Shown piece by piece: positions 17,786 to 29,585 of a DNA stretch of 64,000 nucleotides. Origin of the DNA: a bacterium (lineage in GTDB: Bacteria > UBA8248 > JACPRG01 > G963555815). Each line of letters starts with the position of its first letter. The stretch's first letter is position 1. Position numbers and translations under genes: made by a program. Under the pieces are notes generated by a model. The model was not told where the DNA came from. It ran no database searches and worked only from the letters and a program-made list of their open reading frames with translations. The DNA lies in the NCBI GenBank assembly GCA_965261595.1, contig CBDHDG010000003.1, positions 1 to 64,000 on the forward strand, written 5' to 3'.

Positions 17786-20700
17786 TCAATATGGAGGACT
17801 GGCGACGACTTTGGCTTCCTCTGCCACCATCCGCCAGGATTCACCGCACAGTATCCACTTGGCGGCAACGTGCACCGGATTTGCAATGGGCAGCACATGG
17901 TAGCAGCCTTCATCCGTCTTCTCTACGACGTACAGATACCAAGATTCCGTCGCTTCAAACGCCTTGCGTATCTGCGCACCGCTAAGCTCCACAACCTCGA
18001 CATCGTCCCACGGACGTCCTCTGCCCTTAACCTCGATTAGCCGGACTTCGTGGGTCTCCGGGTCGATGCTGCGGATATCCCAACCGGACTGACGCGGATC
18101 ACCAAGCTCCGGCTCGCGTCCAGCCTCTCTCTCATACTGCGCGGTGACCTCTCGGTATTCTTCATCTCCGAGGCTCTTGTCCGTGTCTCCGTTGATCGCG
18201 GTGGCTTCACCTGCATCGTCCTCTTCGGGACTTGGCACGATTTCCCCCTTGAGCGAACTCTTCAATTGGTGGGCCAGGGCGTTCTGTTTGGAAAGAGCTC
18301 TGTCTCTGGTGTACGAGCCACCCATCGAACCCGACTCCTCTCGCCCGGAGTTCTCGGACGTTGCAGCGTCGATGTCGTCTGCCGTCGCACTACCGGACGG
18401 ATCGGACTCAACTTGTTCGGAAGTCTTTAATGTCGGTGTCTGTCCTTTGGGCACATGCCTATCTACACCTGCTTCTGCGATCGGCCCGGTGGTTTCAGCG
18501 GTCTCGCCCGATCCGTCTCCCGAACTGACGTTTTCGCCACTATCCAAGCCAAGCCCGAACGGTGCCGGCAATACGAACCCCGGGACATGGGAACGCCCGA
18601 ATTTCTCGGCAGCGAGATTGAAATCGGAATTCTCGATTGCGGTGAGCATCCCGGTGAGATCCGCGGCAAGACTGGCGCGTTGTCCGAAGGAGAAGTGGCG
18701 CAGGAGCTCCTTGGCTGCGTCGGCACCAAACTGCACAGGACGACCCGCAACCGTCAGAGTGCCCTCGTGGAGCCGGGCGTTCACAGGCACGCGTTCAGCG
18801 GCGCAACTCCCAACACTGGCATCCAGAGCAAGCTCATAAACATGAATCAGCCGCAGTCGTGTTCCGATTCCGTTATCCGACCAATCGCCCTCCAAAGGCT
18901 CGCTTCCCCGCACCTCTCGAAGAAGCTCACAGACTAGTTTAAATCTGGAGGCCCAGGCATCGGAGACAGGCAACATCTCATCGCCGCTAATCCACTCCAT
19001 GGTTACAATTGAGGACAGTAGCGGCAAGCAGATCGCTTCCGCAGTGCGAAGCTGTCCGGGCCGAGAGCGGCCGAGGTGCCCGCCCGTGGCGGTTCGCAAC
19101 TGGGCTTGCCGTGGAAAAAACCGTCGATCTTCGATGTCGTCGAAGTAGACATCGTCAGCGTCAGCCAAGGCGATCCATTCTCGCTCCGCGACAACCATCG
19201 CCTGCGGTACTGACTCACGCCATCGCTCCAAGAGCGAAGTGTCCTCGGCAATATCTTCCAGACAGTAGGCATATGCCGTCGGGAGCACGTCGCGAACCTC
19301 GTTTGCCAGTCCCTCGGGCGACAACCGGGCGCGCCTCCAAACATGCAAAAGGTAATCCAGCGCTTGCCCACCTGTTGTTGTCACCGGAAACTCGCGTGGA
19401 AACTCAGCATGTACCAACTCCGTACGCAATGTCTCTTCGATGCGGTCAAGCGGAACAACCCAGTCGCCCAGAGAGCCACGGAGGCGTCCTCCAACTCGCT
19501 GAACGATTCGGTCGAGCTCGACACGTTGGTTATCGCTCATCGGCAACCTAAGGTTTTGCAGAGCTTGTTCGAAGAGATGCCGATCTTTGTCTGACGTTGC
19601 CTGCTCGCGGCACTCGGAAAGAAGCCCCGCTAGCTCTGTCGCATCGAGTTGGGAGCCTACCGTCGTGAGTCTGCGGAGCGATGTAGCTTCGGGAAGCGCC
19701 GTACCGAACTTTACTCCTTCTTGGTCCAATACAGACAGAAATTCGGATGACAGTTTCGCAAACGGCGCGTCCTCCCGCGCTGGATCAGACAACGGAAGTA
19801 CGTCTTGCGGACGTCTAAGCTCGTCGTCGTCGCAAGGCACCCACGCGAGTTTGGAGAGCTTTGCTACCCAGGCGCTCGGCTTGTTTCCTGTCGGCTCCGA
19901 GACGTTTCGATATTTGTAACGCGCCTTCCGCTTACCCTGGCCCTTGAGGACTCTGAAGCCGTCAGAGAGCCAAGCGGCGATGGGCCGTCGCAGTTCTTCG
20001 GGTACATCTGGATCGGGAAGTCTTGGGTCGATGTCGAAGTCCAGAAGCTGATAGCCGCTGTCATTCGATTCATCGATCCTGCCAACGTCGAGGCCAAGAA
20101 ACTCGGCGACGCACTGACGCGCCCATCGTGACGCATATTTCTCCAAGGGCCGAACTTCGACACCGCCCTTGGCACCGGCCTTCTCAAGGAAAGCACGCCA
20201 TTCATGGGCACCTCCACTTTTCAGATCTTCTTCCAAATAGTCCGCTGAGATTGCGGGGACCTCCGGGAACAGACGCCGGCGATCTTGACCATGGTCGACA
20301 TATGGATCTGCCAGGAGTGCATCTCCTACCGGAACACCCAACTGGTCCTCATTCGATTGCACAAGCACGTGGGTTAATAGGTCAGCGCGATTTCGATGCT
20401 TTGCCCAGTGCCCAAACGGAGCAAGCACCGACCAGTCTGGTTTCCTAGATGACATCAGAGCATTCAAGGTATGCTCGACGATTTCTCGGAGACTGATGCT
20501 GCGGGCATGGCTCTCGATCCAGTCCCAGGCTTGTGACAGAAGCGCGTACTCCGGCTCTTGCTGCCTCCGTTGGCGGAGCGCGGTAACCCATTCGGTTTCC
20601 AGGCGGTTCGTGTCCGGGATGAACGGCTGCATTAGCTGCTGCGTTTCTGGTCCGCCAGGCTCGTCGTCGGCAGCGAGCGCCTCGTTAAGAAACGCCGCCT

Positions 20701-21603
20701 CACTAATAGCAACCCATTCCCCGGTCACTGATCGAACGCACCGAGCATTGAGGCTCCGCCACGCCTCATCGGAGGCCAATTCGGCGACAGCGGCCCAGAT
20801 GCGGAAAAGCAGCCGTGGGCGTTTCCCTTGTTCCTCAGGGAGCGTTTTCCACCAATCCCCGAGACCGCCATCCCACACTCGCTCCAATTCGTGCAGAGAC
20901 ATCTCGGTAAGAAGACCAATTCTGCGCAGAAGCCCGATCGCATTGCGTCCAAGCACATCATTCATGAGGACGCGTCCTTTCAGGAGAACCGCTGGTCGCA
21001 ACTCCGGCTGGTTCCAAAAAGCCTTCGCTAGCGGCGCGGGCGGAACAAGGGTATCGCCCGGCTTCGCGTACGCCAGCTTGCCTGTCGTTTCTGACCACAC
21101 CGGAATCACCGCTGCATCCTCAATGCGGTCCCGCAACATCGACAGCCAGCGCTCTTCGGCGAGAAGCGATTCAAGGCCACCTGCTTCCGATGATGGCTGC
21201 CCGAGAACCTTGAAGGCCGCTTTCGCCGCGTCGGGTTGAGAGTGCTTATTGGCAGACCAGTCGAGGAAACGCGCCAAAATGTCCGCGATCTTGTCGACGA
21301 TATCGCGTTGCCAGGGATTGTCCTCAATCTCCCGTAGGCCGCTCCGTGAGATATTCAAAAGCCAATCGGCATTGATGTGGAGGCCAAAGGGCAATGTAAC
21401 TTCGGTGGGCAAGGTAGCGTAAACGTGTCCCCTAGCCGGTGGAGCAGGCATGCCGTGGTTGTCCAGGGGCAGTACCCCAAGCACCTGGCGATCGCGGGCC
21501 GCATCGGAGTACACCTGCTTGCGCTCTTCTTTAGAAGGCTGGATTCTTCGGTGTACAAGAAAACAGGCAATCGCTTCCCTTGAAGGTCGGAATTGAGCGG
21601 GGA
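17786..21603 (-). pseudogene. Large sacsin-like / DUF3883 (NOV_C) nuclease protein, N-terminus removed by IS
   Basis: VYATLPTEVTLPFGLHINADWLLNISR (sacsin-like); C-terminal GWDIRS...RLIEVKG...WYLYVVE; the first 9 codons of the listed ORF are IS sequence. Confidence 0.75.
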
Positions 21604-23007
21604 TCCCCCGCTCTAGGGTTTTGTTGGACACTCGATTGATCCATGATTCATGGAGAAAGGGGTGTCGCGATGAACGAACAAAAGCAAGAGGGGGCTTTGG
21701 CGGAGGGCGCCCGCAGGGCGAACGGAGCCAAGGCCCCAGGGCATCGCAGTGAGCGGGGTCGGTTCTCCTGCCAGCGCAAGCGGGAGGCGGTCCTGCGTCT
21801 TTTGCGGGGCGAGAGCCTGGAGACGCTCTGCCGCGAGTTGGGCACGACAGCGGCTCGGCTTTCCGCCTGGCGCGAGGCGTTCCTTCGCGGGGGCGAGGCG
21901 GCGCTCAAAGCCCGCCCGGCGGATGAGCGGGCCGAGGAGAACGCCCGGCTCAAGGCCAAGGTGGGCGAACTCACGATGGAGGGCGAGGTCCTGCGGGAGA
22001 AGATCGACCGCCTGGAGGCCGGCCGCCCTTTAGCCGGCAGGAGGTGGAGGCGATGAGTCAGGCCCGCTTCACCTCCACGGGCAGAGCCTACGGCCTGAAG
22101 CGGGTGTGCGCCCTTTGGGGCTTGGCGCGCTCCACGGTCTACGCGCAACGGCGGCGAGAGGCGGTCCCCGTTCATGAACGCCCCACGCCCAATAAGCGCG
22201 GCCCTGTGGGCCCGTGCACCGATGCGGAACTCCTCGGCCACATCCGGCAGGTCCTGGAGGACTCTCCCTTCCATGGCGAGGGCTACCGCAAGGTGTGGGC
22301 GAGGCTGCGCTTCGCGGGCATCCGCACCAGCAAGGAGCGGGTGCGTCGCCTGATGCGGGAGGCGGGGCTTCAGGCCCCCCACCGGGTGGGCAAACCCCGA
22401 GGTCCCAAGGCCCACAACGGGACCATCCGCACCGAGCGGCCCGACCGAATGTGGGGCACGGACATGACGACGACGGTGACCACCGAGGAGGGGGTGGCCT
22501 CGGTGTTCGTGGCGGTGGATCACTGCTCGGTGGACTGCGTGGGGATCCATGCGGCCAAGAGCGGCAACCGCTTCGAGGCCCTGGAGCCGATCCGGCAGGG
22601 GGTCGCCGAGCGCTTCGCCGGCTTGGAGGCGGACGTCGCCGAGGGGCTTAAAGTTCGTCACGACCACGGCCCCGCCTATCTGTCCGATGACTTTCAGCGG
22701 GAGATCACCTACCTGGGCATGACCAGTTCGCCCAGCTTCGTGCGGGCGCCCGAGGGAAATGGCTACTGTGAGTGGTTTATCCGCATCTTGAAGGAGAATC
22801 TCCTGTGGGTGCGCTCTTTCGCCACCGTAGAGGAACTGCGGTGGGCGCTGCTTGAGTTCAAGAACCTGTATAACCATCATTGGATTCTCGAGGGCTACGG
22901 CTACCGAACGCCGGCCCAGGCAAGGCAGGAAAAACTCGCTCAAGTTGCGGAGGCCGCATGAGGTCGAATACCCTCACCCGAGTGTCCAATAACCCAGGGG
23001 CGGTCCA
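21604..23007 (+). mobile_element. 1404-bp IS3-family element, copy 1 (orfA 21670-22056, orfB 22053-22961)
   Basis: Ends TCCCCCGCTCTAGGG...GGGGCGGTCCA; DDE motifs WGTDMT / RHDHG / GYCEWF; no TSD (flanks GGGA / CCCC). Confidence 0.95.
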
Positions 23008-23134
23008 CCCCGCCCATCCGGCGATCCGTAGAAATCCCGGTTTTCATTGCTCAATTTTGCAACAAACACCCTCGGACTCTTCTTTGCGCTGTCCATTCGG
23101 CTTCTTCCTTGGCTGATGCTGCGCATTGCGCGGT

Positions 23135-23615
23135 TGACCAGACCGATTTTTTGTACCACTTATTGGGAGAGAGTTTACGTGACAGCCTGAGGCTGTGAAA
23201 CCGGTTTGGGGGGAAGGAATGGAGTGCAGACCTCCGGCGCCGGGGGCCTATAATTCAGCGCCGAGTGCGGTCTCCGGGTGTTATATTCCTCCCGCCATTG
23301 CTCAATCACAATCTGGGCCTCCTTCAACGAATAGAAGATCTCACCATTCAGGCATTCGTCTCTCAGCTTCCCATTGAAACTCTCACAATACCCATTGTCC
23401 CAGGGACTACCGGGTTCGATGTATAACGTTCCGGTTCCGACCTTCCCCAGCCACTGGCGCAAGTCCCGGGCCAGAAACTCTGGGCCGTTGTCGGATCGAA
23501 TATGCTCCGGGACCCCTTGCCACACCATCACGTCCGACAACGTCTCGATCACCTCCGGGCTGCCTATCCTCCGCTCGACTCGGATGGCCAGGCATTCCCT
23601 CGTATGGACATTCTC
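23135..23615 (-). pseudogene. IS3-family (IS407-like) orfB C-terminal remnant with right IR
   Basis: IRSDNGPEF...IEPGSPWDNGYCESFNGKLRDECLN; end GTGGTACAAAAAATCGGTCTGGTCA. Confidence 0.88.
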
Positions 23616-23914
23616 CGCGTACTCAATGCGTGTGTAGCGCCCGAAATGGTGTTGACAGGTCCGGTAGAGAGCGGTCAAATCGGGCCAAACAACAACAAAT
23701 CGTCGGTACGGGTCTGTCCAGATTTCAAATGGGAAATTCCCGATACTGCTCTGCGAAGGTGGATAGGTCATGTTGCGAATCAGTCGGAAATCCATACCAC
23801 AAATGATAATCGTGCTGCTTCTGGGCACAGCAACCGCTGCTTGGGGAGCCGGTCGGGAAATCAAAATCTCGCTGATAGAGTACTCTGTGGATAAGTCCGA
23901 TATGCAGCCGAGTC

Positions 23915-25162
23915 TCAGCCCGACCGGTGGATTCGGCTCTTCAGGCTCGATTCGGCGATGATCCTCCCGTTCCGGACGACCCAAAGCCGGTGCGGGTGGA
24001 GCCGGACGGCTTGGACGACGGTCTCACAGTCGATGACGACCAGGTCCGCCGCGCCGCCCTCCCGGATGCCGTAGTCGTCCAGCCCCCATATCTTCGCCGA
24101 GTTGACCGTGGGCATCCGGAACGTCTCGGCGACCTCCTCCGGCAGGGAGAGGTGGGCCACGTGGGCGGTCAGCAGGGCGATCTCCAGCAGGTCCGCCGTT
24201 CCGAACGGATAAAAGCCGTCATAGACACAATCCTGACCGAACGCCACGTTGATTCCGACCGCAATGAGTTCTTTCACGCGCGTGACGCCCCGGCGAATGA
24301 GACCCCGGTCCCCCCTGCCCTGCACCACCAGGTTCGTGGCGGGATTCGTGATCATGTGAACACCCGCCCGCTTCACCTTCCCGATGACCTCCTCGGCGTA
24401 ATCGTCCGGATAGGCGGCGAGGGCGCAGGTGTGTCCGGCCGTGACCCGACCCTGATAACCCTCGGCAAGGGTCTTATCCGCAAGGACCTCCAGGGACCGG
24501 ACGGCGGGGTCGTCCGTCTCGTCCACGTGCATGTCGATATCGGCGTCGAATTCCTTTGCGATGCGGAAAGCGATGTCGATGTGCTCCGCCCAGTGGTCCA
24601 GCCGCTTTTCGTGGTGCGGCATTCCGCCGACGAGGTCGGCCCCCATCTCCATCGCTTGCCGGAGCAGGTCCTCCGCGCCTGGATCGCGCAGGATGCCCTC
24701 CTGGGGAAACGCCACAATCTGCACGTCCACGAGGTCGGTGAAGCGCCTTTTGACTTCGAGAAGCCCTTCCACGGCCCGGAGGCCGACGATGGTGTCCACG
24801 TCGGCGTGCGTGCGGAGCCGCGTGGTTCCGTTCCGGACGGCCATCTCGATCGTCTTTCCCGCGCGCGCGACGATGTCCTCGACCGTGTATCGGCGCTTGC
24901 GCTCCCAGATGACCTCGATCCCGCCCAGGAGCGTCCCCGTCCGGTTGGGCGGTATGTCCCCGGCGATCTGCGTCTTGTCCAGGTGGATGTGCGGCTCGAT
25001 GAAGGGCGGGCTGACCAGGCATCCGCCCGCGTCGATCTCCCGTTTGGCTTTCTCTTCAATCCCGGGCGCGATCCGGGCGATCCGGTCTCCGGCGATCGCG
25101 ATGTCCACCGAAGTGTCCGCCTTCACCCCGACCGGCCGCGCGTTTCGGAGGATCAGGTCCAA
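23915..25162 (-). CDS. Cytosine deaminase-like amidohydrolase
   Basis: PPFIEPHIHLDK, RTHADVD, VAFPQEG, DMHVDE, AGHTCAL, FGQD motifs. Confidence 0.88.
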   Translation of the reverse strand: MDLILRNARPVGVKADTSVDIAIAGDRIARIAPGIEEKAKREIDAGGCLVSPPFIEPHIHLDKTQIAGDIPPNRTGTLLGGIEVIWERKRRYTVEDIVARAGKTIEMAVRNGTTRLRTHADVDTIVGLRAVEGLLEVKRRFTDLVDVQIVAFPQEGILRDPGAEDLLRQAMEMGADLVGGMPHHEKRLDHWAEHIDIAFRIAKEFDADIDMHVDETDDPAVRSLEVLADKTLAEGYQGRVTAGHTCALAAYPDDYAEEVIGKVKRAGVHMITNPATNLVVQGRGDRGLIRRGVTRVKELIAVGINVAFGQDCVYDGFYPFGTADLLEIALLTAHVAHLSLPEEVAETFRMPTVNSAKIWGLDDYGIREGGAADLVVIDCETVVQAVRLHPHRLWVVRNGRIIAESSLKSRIHRSG

Positions 25163-25181
25163 ATCCCGGCTCCTCTTCGCC

Positions 25182-26672
25182 TCACTCCTTCACCCACTTG
25201 AGCTCCCAGGTCTCCGGCTCCGCCAGCCAGGGAGCCGTCGGGATAATCCCCTCGCCGAACTCCTGGACCTTCCGGAGGATCTCCTCCTCGTCCATCGTCG
25301 TCAGACGGTAATCGTCGATTACCGGCGCGCCGTTGACGATGACCGTCCGCGCGCTCCGGCCCGTGGCGTTGAAGATGAAGTTGCTGATCAGGTTGTGGCG
25401 GGTCGTGGGAATCCACTCGTAGCTGGTCAGGTCCCAGAGGACCAGGTCCGCCTTCTTGCCCGCCTCGATGCTCCCGACCTCCTTCTCCAGAAGCAGGCCC
25501 TTCGCGCCGTTGCGGGTCGCCATGTCGATGGCCGTCGCGCGCGTCGCGCCCGAGTGGATCTGGAACAGATCCTCGTCGGGGAAGACGTGCGTCCCCCGCG
25601 CCTCGGCGTGACAGCCGGAGACCAGGTACATCTCCCGGACCATGTCGTGGCAGGTCCCGGTGTTGGTCTCATCGTTCCCCAGGGCCACGTTCACGCCCAG
25701 GTTCACCAACTCGGGGATCCGGCTGCGGGAATGGACGGAGGAATAGAGGCCGTGAAGGCTTGCGCCCGGCACGTGGGCGACGTGGGCGCCGGTCTCCTTC
25801 ATCAGAACCAGCTCGCCGGCGTCCAGCCAGGCCATGTGCGCGCAAATGAGCCGCGGACCGAGGACGCCCACGTGGTTCAGGTACTCCACGTCCCGCATCC
25901 CGGTCCGCTTGCGGGTCATCTCCACCATGTCGTGGGTGACGGCCACGTGGGACTGGATCCCGATGTCGTAACGGTTCGCCAGGTCGAGAATGCCCTCAAT
26001 CAGCTCCGGCGAGCAGTTGCAGACCTGCTGGATGTCCAGGGCCGCCCGCACGCGCCCATCGGCCCCCATGTGGTGCTCGCGGATGAAGGCCTCGCTGTTC
26101 TCGACGCACGCCCGCGTGTCTTCCTGGAGCCGGTCGCAGAGCTGCGTGAAGGCATCGTAGGATGCGTAGGAGGTCTTCGTCGCCGTATGGATGTCCATGA
26201 GCTCTCGCGCCAGGACGCCCCGGATGCCGATGTCCCGGACGGCCCGCACCACCGAATCCTCCATCGTGGGGATCGTTCCGCAGTCCCCGATGGTCGTCGT
26301 CCCGGTCTTGAGGCAGGAAAGCATGGTGTGGAGCGCGGCGTAGTAATAATTCTCATCCGTCAGGCTTCCCCAGGTGAAAGAGAACTTCCGCTCGCAATAC
26401 GGCACGGCGGGAACGTCGTCCAGAAGCCCCTTGTCGTAACAGGACTCCATGTGAGTGTGGGCGTTGATGAGACCGGGCGTGACGAAGCGATCCGAGGCGT
26501 CGATCATCCGCCGGGCGGAATACCGCTCTCGGATCTCCGAGGCCGGACCGACGGCGGTGATTGTGTCTTCCCGGACGGCGATGGAGACCCCTTCCAAAAG
26601 GTTTCGCTCCGCGTCCTGCGTAAGGACGAACCGGGCATTTTCGATGAGGAGGTCAACCTGCGTGTCACTCAT
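25182..26672 (-). CDS. Amidohydrolase family protein (MtaD/AtzA-like deaminase fold)
   Basis: PGLINAHTH, GTTTIGD, CAH, ALGND, GSIEAGKKADL; likely start MSDTQ at 26672. Confidence 0.85.
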   Translation of the reverse strand: MSDTQVDLLIENARFVLTQDAERNLLEGVSIAVREDTITAVGPASEIRERYSARRMIDASDRFVTPGLINAHTHMESCYDKGLLDDVPAVPYCERKFSFTWGSLTDENYYYAALHTMLSCLKTGTTTIGDCGTIPTMEDSVVRAVRDIGIRGVLARELMDIHTATKTSYASYDAFTQLCDRLQEDTRACVENSEAFIREHHMGADGRVRAALDIQQVCNCSPELIEGILDLANRYDIGIQSHVAVTHDMVEMTRKRTGMRDVEYLNHVGVLGPRLICAHMAWLDAGELVLMKETGAHVAHVPGASLHGLYSSVHSRSRIPELVNLGVNVALGNDETNTGTCHDMVREMYLVSGCHAEARGTHVFPDEDLFQIHSGATRATAIDMATRNGAKGLLLEKEVGSIEAGKKADLVLWDLTSYEWIPTTRHNLISNFIFNATGRSARTVIVNGAPVIDDYRLTTMDEEEILRKVQEFGEGIIPTAPWLAEPETWELKWVKE

Positions 26673-26742
26673 TGCGTTGCGCTCCCGAATCGTGACCTGT
26701 GTGAATACCTGATCCCTACTCCTCGGATATGGATCATATAAT

Positions 26743-28179
26743 CCGGAATTTCCCATATCAACTTGCTTGGGTGGTTTCCGGTCCCCTTTCCCGATGAAAA
26801 CCAGTTGATCCCCTTCCGATGGGTTTGTCAAGAGCCTTCCAACCCTCCGCAACAAGGTGCTGACGGCCATCGACTGCCCCAAAAGGCGGACCCTCGCCCT
26901 TCGGTCCCCTTTATTCGCGGTTCAACCCGTTAACCAATCACCTCATGCTGCCGGGAACCCTCTGCACAAGGTTAGACCGGCACCGGCCGTAATCGGTTGA
27001 TTCGGTCCAGGATGATGGCGAACTCTTCCCTGGACACCGCTACTTCGGCCAATTGAAAGATGATCTGCCGGGCGTGCCGCACAATCCTCCCGCCCATTTT
27101 GATGAGCTTGACCTGGAGGCTTCGCAGCGACCAGTGCTTGAGCCCCCTGGGCAAGGCTAGCCTGCGCAGGAAATTGCCCAGGTTGTACGCCAGGACGAAG
27201 AGAAGGAGCCGCACCTGGTTGCACACGAACCGGTGACAGGAAAGGCGTGTCCAGTTCAGGGCGTACTTGCCTTCCTTGATCCATTGCTCGGCTGTGCCTC
27301 GCTGGTTGTAGAAGTGCACGACCCCCTCGGGTCGAGCCGTCAGGTTCGTGACAATGAATCCGACGCGAGGGAAGAGTTCGCCTGAGTGCCATTCCACCTT
27401 CGCCACGACCCGCCGGGAACGGTCCCAGCTTCCAGCCTGATACCGGAAGTCGTAATAGAAGATGATGGGTCTCTTGGGCGGGCGACCGACCGGGCGGGTG
27501 AGGAGGAAGTCGATCTCTCGCTGCACCACGTCGTTGGCGGGAAGGCGGATGGCGTAAAGGAAGCTGTGCGCTTCCAGGCACTCATAGACCTCCGGGCGCG
27601 CAAAGGCGGCATCGGCTCGGAAGTAACGGCGAACACCCGCCCGCTCATACCGGGCCGCGATGGGCGAAAGCAACTCGCGCCAGCCATCGGCGCTGTGCAC
27701 GTTGCCGGGGCGCAACATCGCCCCTTCGCAGTCCCCAAACTGGTTAAAGCAAAAAAGAGGGTGATAACAGGTGCAACGAAAGTGGCCGTTGTAGGCCGTA
27801 CCTTCCTGCTCCCCATGGACGGGGCTTTCCGAGCTGTCCATGTCCAGGATGATTCGCTGATGGGGTGAGTGTGCCATGGCCCGGTCCACCCACTCCCGGT
27901 TCAGCTCGCTCCGGCCCCTTGAGATTCTCCTCCCTGGTGAGAACCTCGGTCTCGAACCGGCTCAGGGTGTTGGCGCCCGCCGCCTGCTTCTCAAGCGCTC
28001 GGCGGCCGACCACGGCTTGCATCGCGGGGTCCTGGGCCAACCGCTCGGCATCGTTGGTGTCTTCATACCCTGCCAAGCGGCTATAGACCGACTGGCGCAA
28101 TAGCGGCGCCAACTCATGCTGGATGTTCCGGCCATGACGGATCTCTTGCAATTGCACTGGCGCTCTCACCGTCAAACCC
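26743..28179 (-). mobile_element. IS1380-family element, frameshifted (about 27915) and 5'-truncated by IS copy 2
   Basis: LRQSVYSRLAGYEDTNDA, ILDMDSS..HGEQEG.AYNGH, FRADAAF, YNQRGTAEQWIKEGK; terminal CCGGAATTTCCCATAT. Confidence 0.9.
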
Positions 28180-29585
28180 TCCCCCGCTCTAGGGTTTTGT
28201 TGGACACTCGGGTGAGGGTATTCGACCTCATGCGGCCTCCGCAACTTGAGCGAGTTTTTCCTGCCTTGCCTGGGCCGGCGTTCGGTAGCCGTAGCCCTCG
28301 AGAATCCAATGATGGTTATACAGGTTCTTGAACTCAAGCAGCGCCCACCGCAGTTCCTCTACGGTGGCGAAAGAGCGCACCCACAGGAGATTCTCCTTCA
28401 AGATGCGGATGAACCACTCACAGTAGCCATTTCCCTCGGGCGCCCGCACGAAGCTGGGCGAACTGGTCATGCCCAGGTAGGCGATCTCCCGCTGAAAGTC
28501 ATCGGACAGATAGGCGGGGCCGTGGTCGTGACGAACTTTAAGCCCCTCGGCGACGTCCGCCTCCAAGCCGGCGAAGCGCTCGGCGACCCCCTGCCGGATC
28601 GGCTCCAGGGCCTCGAAGCGGTTGCCGCTCTTGGCCGCATGGATCCCCACGCAGTCCACCGAGCAGTGATCCACCGCCACGAACACCGAGGCCACCCCCT
28701 CCTCGGTGGTCACCGTCGTCGTCATGTCCGTGCCCCACATTCGGTCGGGCCGCTCGGTGCGGATGGTCCCGTTGTGGGCCTTGGGACCTCGGGGTTTGCC
28801 CACCCGGTGGGGGGCCTGAAGCCCCGCCTCCCGCATCAGGCGACGCACCCGCTCCTTGCTGGTGCGGATGCCCGCGAAGCGCAGCCTCGCCCACACCTTG
28901 CGGTAGCCCTCGCCATGGAAGGGAGAGTCCTCCAGGACCTGCCGGATGTGGCCGAGGAGTTCCGCATCGGTGCACGGGCCCACAGGGCCGCGCTTATTGG
29001 GCGTGGGGCGTTCATGAACGGGGACCGCCTCTCGCCGCCGTTGCGCGTAGACCGTGGAGCGCGCCAAGCCCCAAAGGGCGCACACCCGCTTCAGGCCGTA
29101 GGCTCTGCCCGTGGAGGTGAAGCGGGCCTGACTCATCGCCTCCACCTCCTGCCGGCTAAAGGGCGGCCGGCCTCCAGGCGGTCGATCTTCTCCCGCAGGA
29201 CCTCGCCCTCCATCGTGAGTTCGCCCACCTTGGCCTTGAGCCGGGCGTTCTCCTCGTCCCGCTCATCCGCCGGGCAGGCTTTGAGCGCCGCCTCGCCCCC
29301 GCGAAGGAACGCCTCGCGCCAGGCGGAAAGCCGAGCCGCTGTCGTGCCCAACTCGCGGCAGAGCGTCTCCAGGCTCTCGCCCCGCAAAAGACGCAGGACC
29401 GCCTCCCGCTTGCGCTGGCAGGAGAACCGACCCCGCTCACTGCGATGCCCTGGGGCCTTGGCTCCGTTCGCCCTGCGGGCGCCCTCCGCCAAAGCCCCCT
29501 CTTGCTTTTGTTCGTTCATCGCGACACCCCTTTCTCCATGAATCATGGATCAATCGAGTGTCCAACAAAACCCTAGAGCGGGGGA
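28180..29585 (-). mobile_element. IS3-family element, copy 2 (1406 bp; left-type tip at both ends)
   Basis: Near-identical orfA/orfB; both termini read TCCCCCGCTCTAGGGTTTTGTTGGACACTCG inward. Confidence 0.95.

Noticed and set aside
21604..21631. Shared N-terminus MSNKTLERG on the 1281-aa and 370-aa ORFs
   Set aside because: Both read out of the IS left end; this is not a shared protein leader.
21648..22943. 431-aa ORF repeated five times antisense to the IS
   Set aside because: Antisense frame of the transposase genes, repeated only because the IS copies are near-identical.
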